A stretch of 64,000 bases of DNA, from positions 11,654,600-11,718,599 of the forward strand of contig NC_092398.1 of the NCBI RefSeq assembly GCF_030028105.1, in the 5' to 3' direction. Made by a program: the position numbers and the translations under genes. The notes below the pieces were generated by a model. It ran no database searches and was not told where the DNA came from. It saw only the letters and a program-made list of their open reading frames with translations. Shown one piece after another: positions 60,661 to 64,000 of this stretch (the first letter of the stretch is position 1; each line of letters opens with the position of its first letter). The DNA is from Mobula birostris. Taxonomy: Eukaryota.

Positions 60661-62956
60661 AAGAAAAGGGATAATCTCCAGATGGGGACGATTATCCACC
60701 TGCACCATAATCAATTAAGTTTTCCAAGCTTCTATCGCCAAAGTACATGAGAAATATTAACCTTCCAAAACTTGCTTTTTTTTTTACAAAGAGCATTGCA
60801 ACAATAGTGACACTACGGTGAGGGGCTGCCACACTGAATTTCAGACATGAGGAGCCCTGATTCATTGCAATTATCAAGGAAGGAAAATAGTATTTACATT
60901 TGTAAGATGCACGACTTAAAATCATATAAGACTTGCGTCATTTTGTAGCTGTATAAAGTTTTGGTCAGGCCATATTTCAGGTATTGTGTGGAGTTCTGGC
61001 TACTGCTGGGGCCAGCCAGAAGAGCTGGTTGAAGGATGGGTTGGAGTATTAGCTACAAGGGCAGGTTGAACAAACCTAGTTTGTTTTCTCTGGGATACAA
61101 GAAGCAGAGGGGGTCACCTGACAGAAGATTGTAAAATTATGAGGGCCATAACTAGAGTAGGTAGACTTTTCCCCAGGTTGCAAGTGTTAAGGTACTGGAG
61201 GGTGTAGCTTTAATCTGAAAGGAAAGTTTAAGGAGACTTGAGACAATTTTTCCTTACGCAGAAAGTGGTAGGTAGGGGAAGCAGATTTTATTAATGCACA
61301 GAGTGGAATAGCAGTCCCTTGATTTAATCCTATCCTAATCACAGGACAATATACAATGGCTAATTAACTTACCATCACAGACAGGTATGTCTTTGGACTG
61401 TGGGAGGAAACTGCAGCACCCAGAGAAAACCCCACGCAGTCACAAGGAGAACATACTGCTTACAGGCTGCGGCGGGAATTGAACTCGGGTCATCTATATT
61501 GTAAAGCATTGTGCTAACCACTATGCTACCGTGCTGCCCCCAAACATTTGACAGTAATGTTCAGGAGGCAATTGGATGTGCATACTTAGGTAGAGGTCAG
61601 GGGTTTAGAATATGTTATTGATACTGATAATGTTACAGTTACTTATCTAGGGGTTTCCACACTCCCCCTGTTACTGTATTTCCTTCTACATCCTGGAGAT
61701 GTTCAAGTAGCTCTGGATCAAAAAGGTTCAAAAACTGCTTCCTGTAATGTAAAAAAACTTAGGAAGTGCACACCGAAATGTTTCTTCAAGGCATGTCCTT
61801 GGCTGGACAAACTGGCTATCGTGTCAATTAACGTGCAGCTTGGGGCTAAGTGGATTGTTCAGATAAGTTTGTCAAGATTCAAAGTACAATTATTATCAAA
61901 GTATGTATGCCATATACAACCCTGATGTTCATCTTCCGGCAGGCAGCCGAGAAACAAAGAAATGCCATTAAACCCGTATAAAGAAAACACCAAATACCCA
62001 ATAAAAAGAACACAAATAACAATAAAAGACCAAATAGCACACAGAATATTAAACATCAAACTGTAGAGCCCTTGAAACAGTCGAAGAATGAAGAATGTTC
62101 AGTTTAACTCATCCTGTACCTGGGTGCAACAAAACTTAGACAATATTCAGACACAAACATAAAAAGGGCGAATGGCATGGGACTATAAGACATAGCAGAT
62201 TTGAGCCGCTTGACCCATTGAGTCTGCTCTACAGTGCGAGCTGATAACTATCTCCATCACAGAATCTAGTCACCTACTCTTGATATCCAATGGTATTGCC
62301 ATCAGAAAGTACCTCTTCACCAATATCTTGGGTGGGTCACTAGTGATCTAAAATGCAAGTGGATCATTGCATAAATGCTGTGACTGCAAAGGTGGCTCAG
62401 GCCTGTAATCTGAGTGGGTTGCCTTCCTACACATCATGGCCTTTCCATCATTTTCAAGGTGCTTGTTAATACTCCGCAGTTGCAAGGATGATTTCATCCT
62501 TAGTAACATTCAAGCAGTTTATCATAACCTGGCACCCTATCCCTTCTAAGTATTGATTGCTATCAGTGTGACTGCAAGTATATCATCTACAAAATGCATG
62601 GTAGTTAAACACCAGGGCTATTTTAGCAGCATCTTCCAAACTAGCAACCACTATTTTGAAGAACAACAGTTGGGATGTGGGGATACCAACACCTGCTGAT
62701 TTCTTCTCAGTTGTATAACATTCTGAATTAGAAATAAACTGCTATTCCTTCATCAGTGACTAGCTCCTGGAACAACCTAGCAGCGTACAGACTGCTGATA
62801 ACAACTTCTGCGGCAATCAGGGATGGACCTTAAATGGACTTTACATTGAATCAGGGGTGGAGGGAGAAATCCTCTTTGAAAAGAACAGTAGGTAGTTATT
62901 TGTATGAAATAGTATTGTGTTCTACTTCTATGACTGATTTGTAACATTTTTGCCAG

Positions 62957-63075
62957 GCTCTTTCGATGGTGGTTATGGAAATTTTGGAGATACTGGTTCA
63001 GGAGGTGGGGGCTACATGCAGTCACCTGGTGGATTTGGTTCTCCTGTTGGAGGTAGTCAGAGTGACAGGAAAACA
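62957..63075 (+). CDS. RPA2: RPA2 exon 2 (N-terminal phosphorylation domain); gene continues beyond the window
   Basis: tttttgccag| GSFDGGYGNFGDTGSGGGGYMQSPGGFGSPVGGSQSDRKT |GTAAGT; QSPGGFGSP is the RPA2 signature. Confidence 0.92.
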
Positions 63076-64000
63076 GTAAGTATTTCAATAGAATTGGCTT
63101 CATAAGCACAGCCAAAAATTTTGGGACACAATGTAAAGGTTTTCAATTTGAAAATTCTTGGTTCTTGTTTAAATGGGCAGTGTTTTCTGTTTTACTGATT
63201 TTTGTTTTTAATATCTTTAGATTATGCAAGTTATATTCTTTTCCCTTTGACTGTTGTTTTAAATGAACAAAAATAACAGCTTTTTATTTGGCTATTTGGT
63301 TTGACTTTTTTTTTGGTTCTGATAATATATGTGTAATAGAAAGTCTATGCCATGCTGTAGTACATTGGCACCATGCTTAAAAGTGTGGATATTTTTCCAG
63401 GGGCAAAACCACTACAATGGGTTATGATAGTATTATGAATCAAAGGCTGCGTAACTGCTTTGTCTGGAATCTCAGGCAACACCTTCCCTTCTCATAGCTG
63501 TACTGGGATTAGTCCTGCGTCACTGCCCTCCTTTTGCTGTCCATTATTGTGCACAAACCTGATGTGGATCCCAGCCTTTTAATCACAAGCACGCAGAAAT
63601 GAAATGGGTTTGATGTGGAGCGATTGCCTGTGAAGGCTAGTATTGTTTCAGCCAGCTGAGTTGTACAGTAACTCAGAATTGTAGTTTAAAGCTCAATTGC
63701 TGGGGACTGCAAGCACCTATTCCATGTATTGACAATCTCCTGGTGTCTACAGTTAGTTCTTCACCTCTTAGCCAATATTATGGGTGTTGTCTCTCCCTCT
63801 GACTGTACACTTTTCCTAGCCAGAGTTTTGTCTTTGGTGAAAAATCACGGGTGAGTGATTGGTTATCTAGGCATGGAATAGCTTTGCAGCCAAGTAGGGG
63901 GGGTGATACCAACTTCCGTCACATCCTGCAGATGGAGCACACTTTCCTCTACCAAAATGGTCCTATTCACTACTTTTGCAGCATATATATTAAAACAAGG

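Overview
Eukaryotic genomic DNA with spliced genes. The repeat content (V-SINEs, Rex1, CR1, Penelope/Neptune) suggests a cartilaginous fish, probably a ray; this is an inference. Three host genes are present in the conserved vertebrate order: XKR8 (minus strand, exons 1-2; the last exon lies left of the window), SMPDL3B (minus strand, all 8 coding exons, 454 aa, metal ligands and GPI-type tail intact) and RPA2 (plus strand, exons 1-2, CpG-rich promoter). Most of the remaining sequence is transposon-derived: a full-length L1 with TSD, a truncated L1, CR1s, Rex1/Babar, a Vingi-like fragment, two head-to-head Penelope-like insertions, a ~3 kb hAT transposon nested in one of them, a solo LTR, Tc1/Tigger remnants, hAT MITEs and tRNA-SINEs. 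The most notable signals are not in the ORF track. (1) A ~420 bp RTE-derived non-autonomous element whose TSD-defined 5' end is the first base of a predicted non-canonical HDV-like ribozyme fold, in two independent copies. (2) Minimal hammerhead ribozymes in Penelope termini, plus a fold-back insertion series and an exact 44-nt solo tail. (3) A ~100 bp CAMK4-like kinase fragment in the XKR8 upstream region, overlapping a tandem GAS motif. All homology calls were made by eye; no searches were run.
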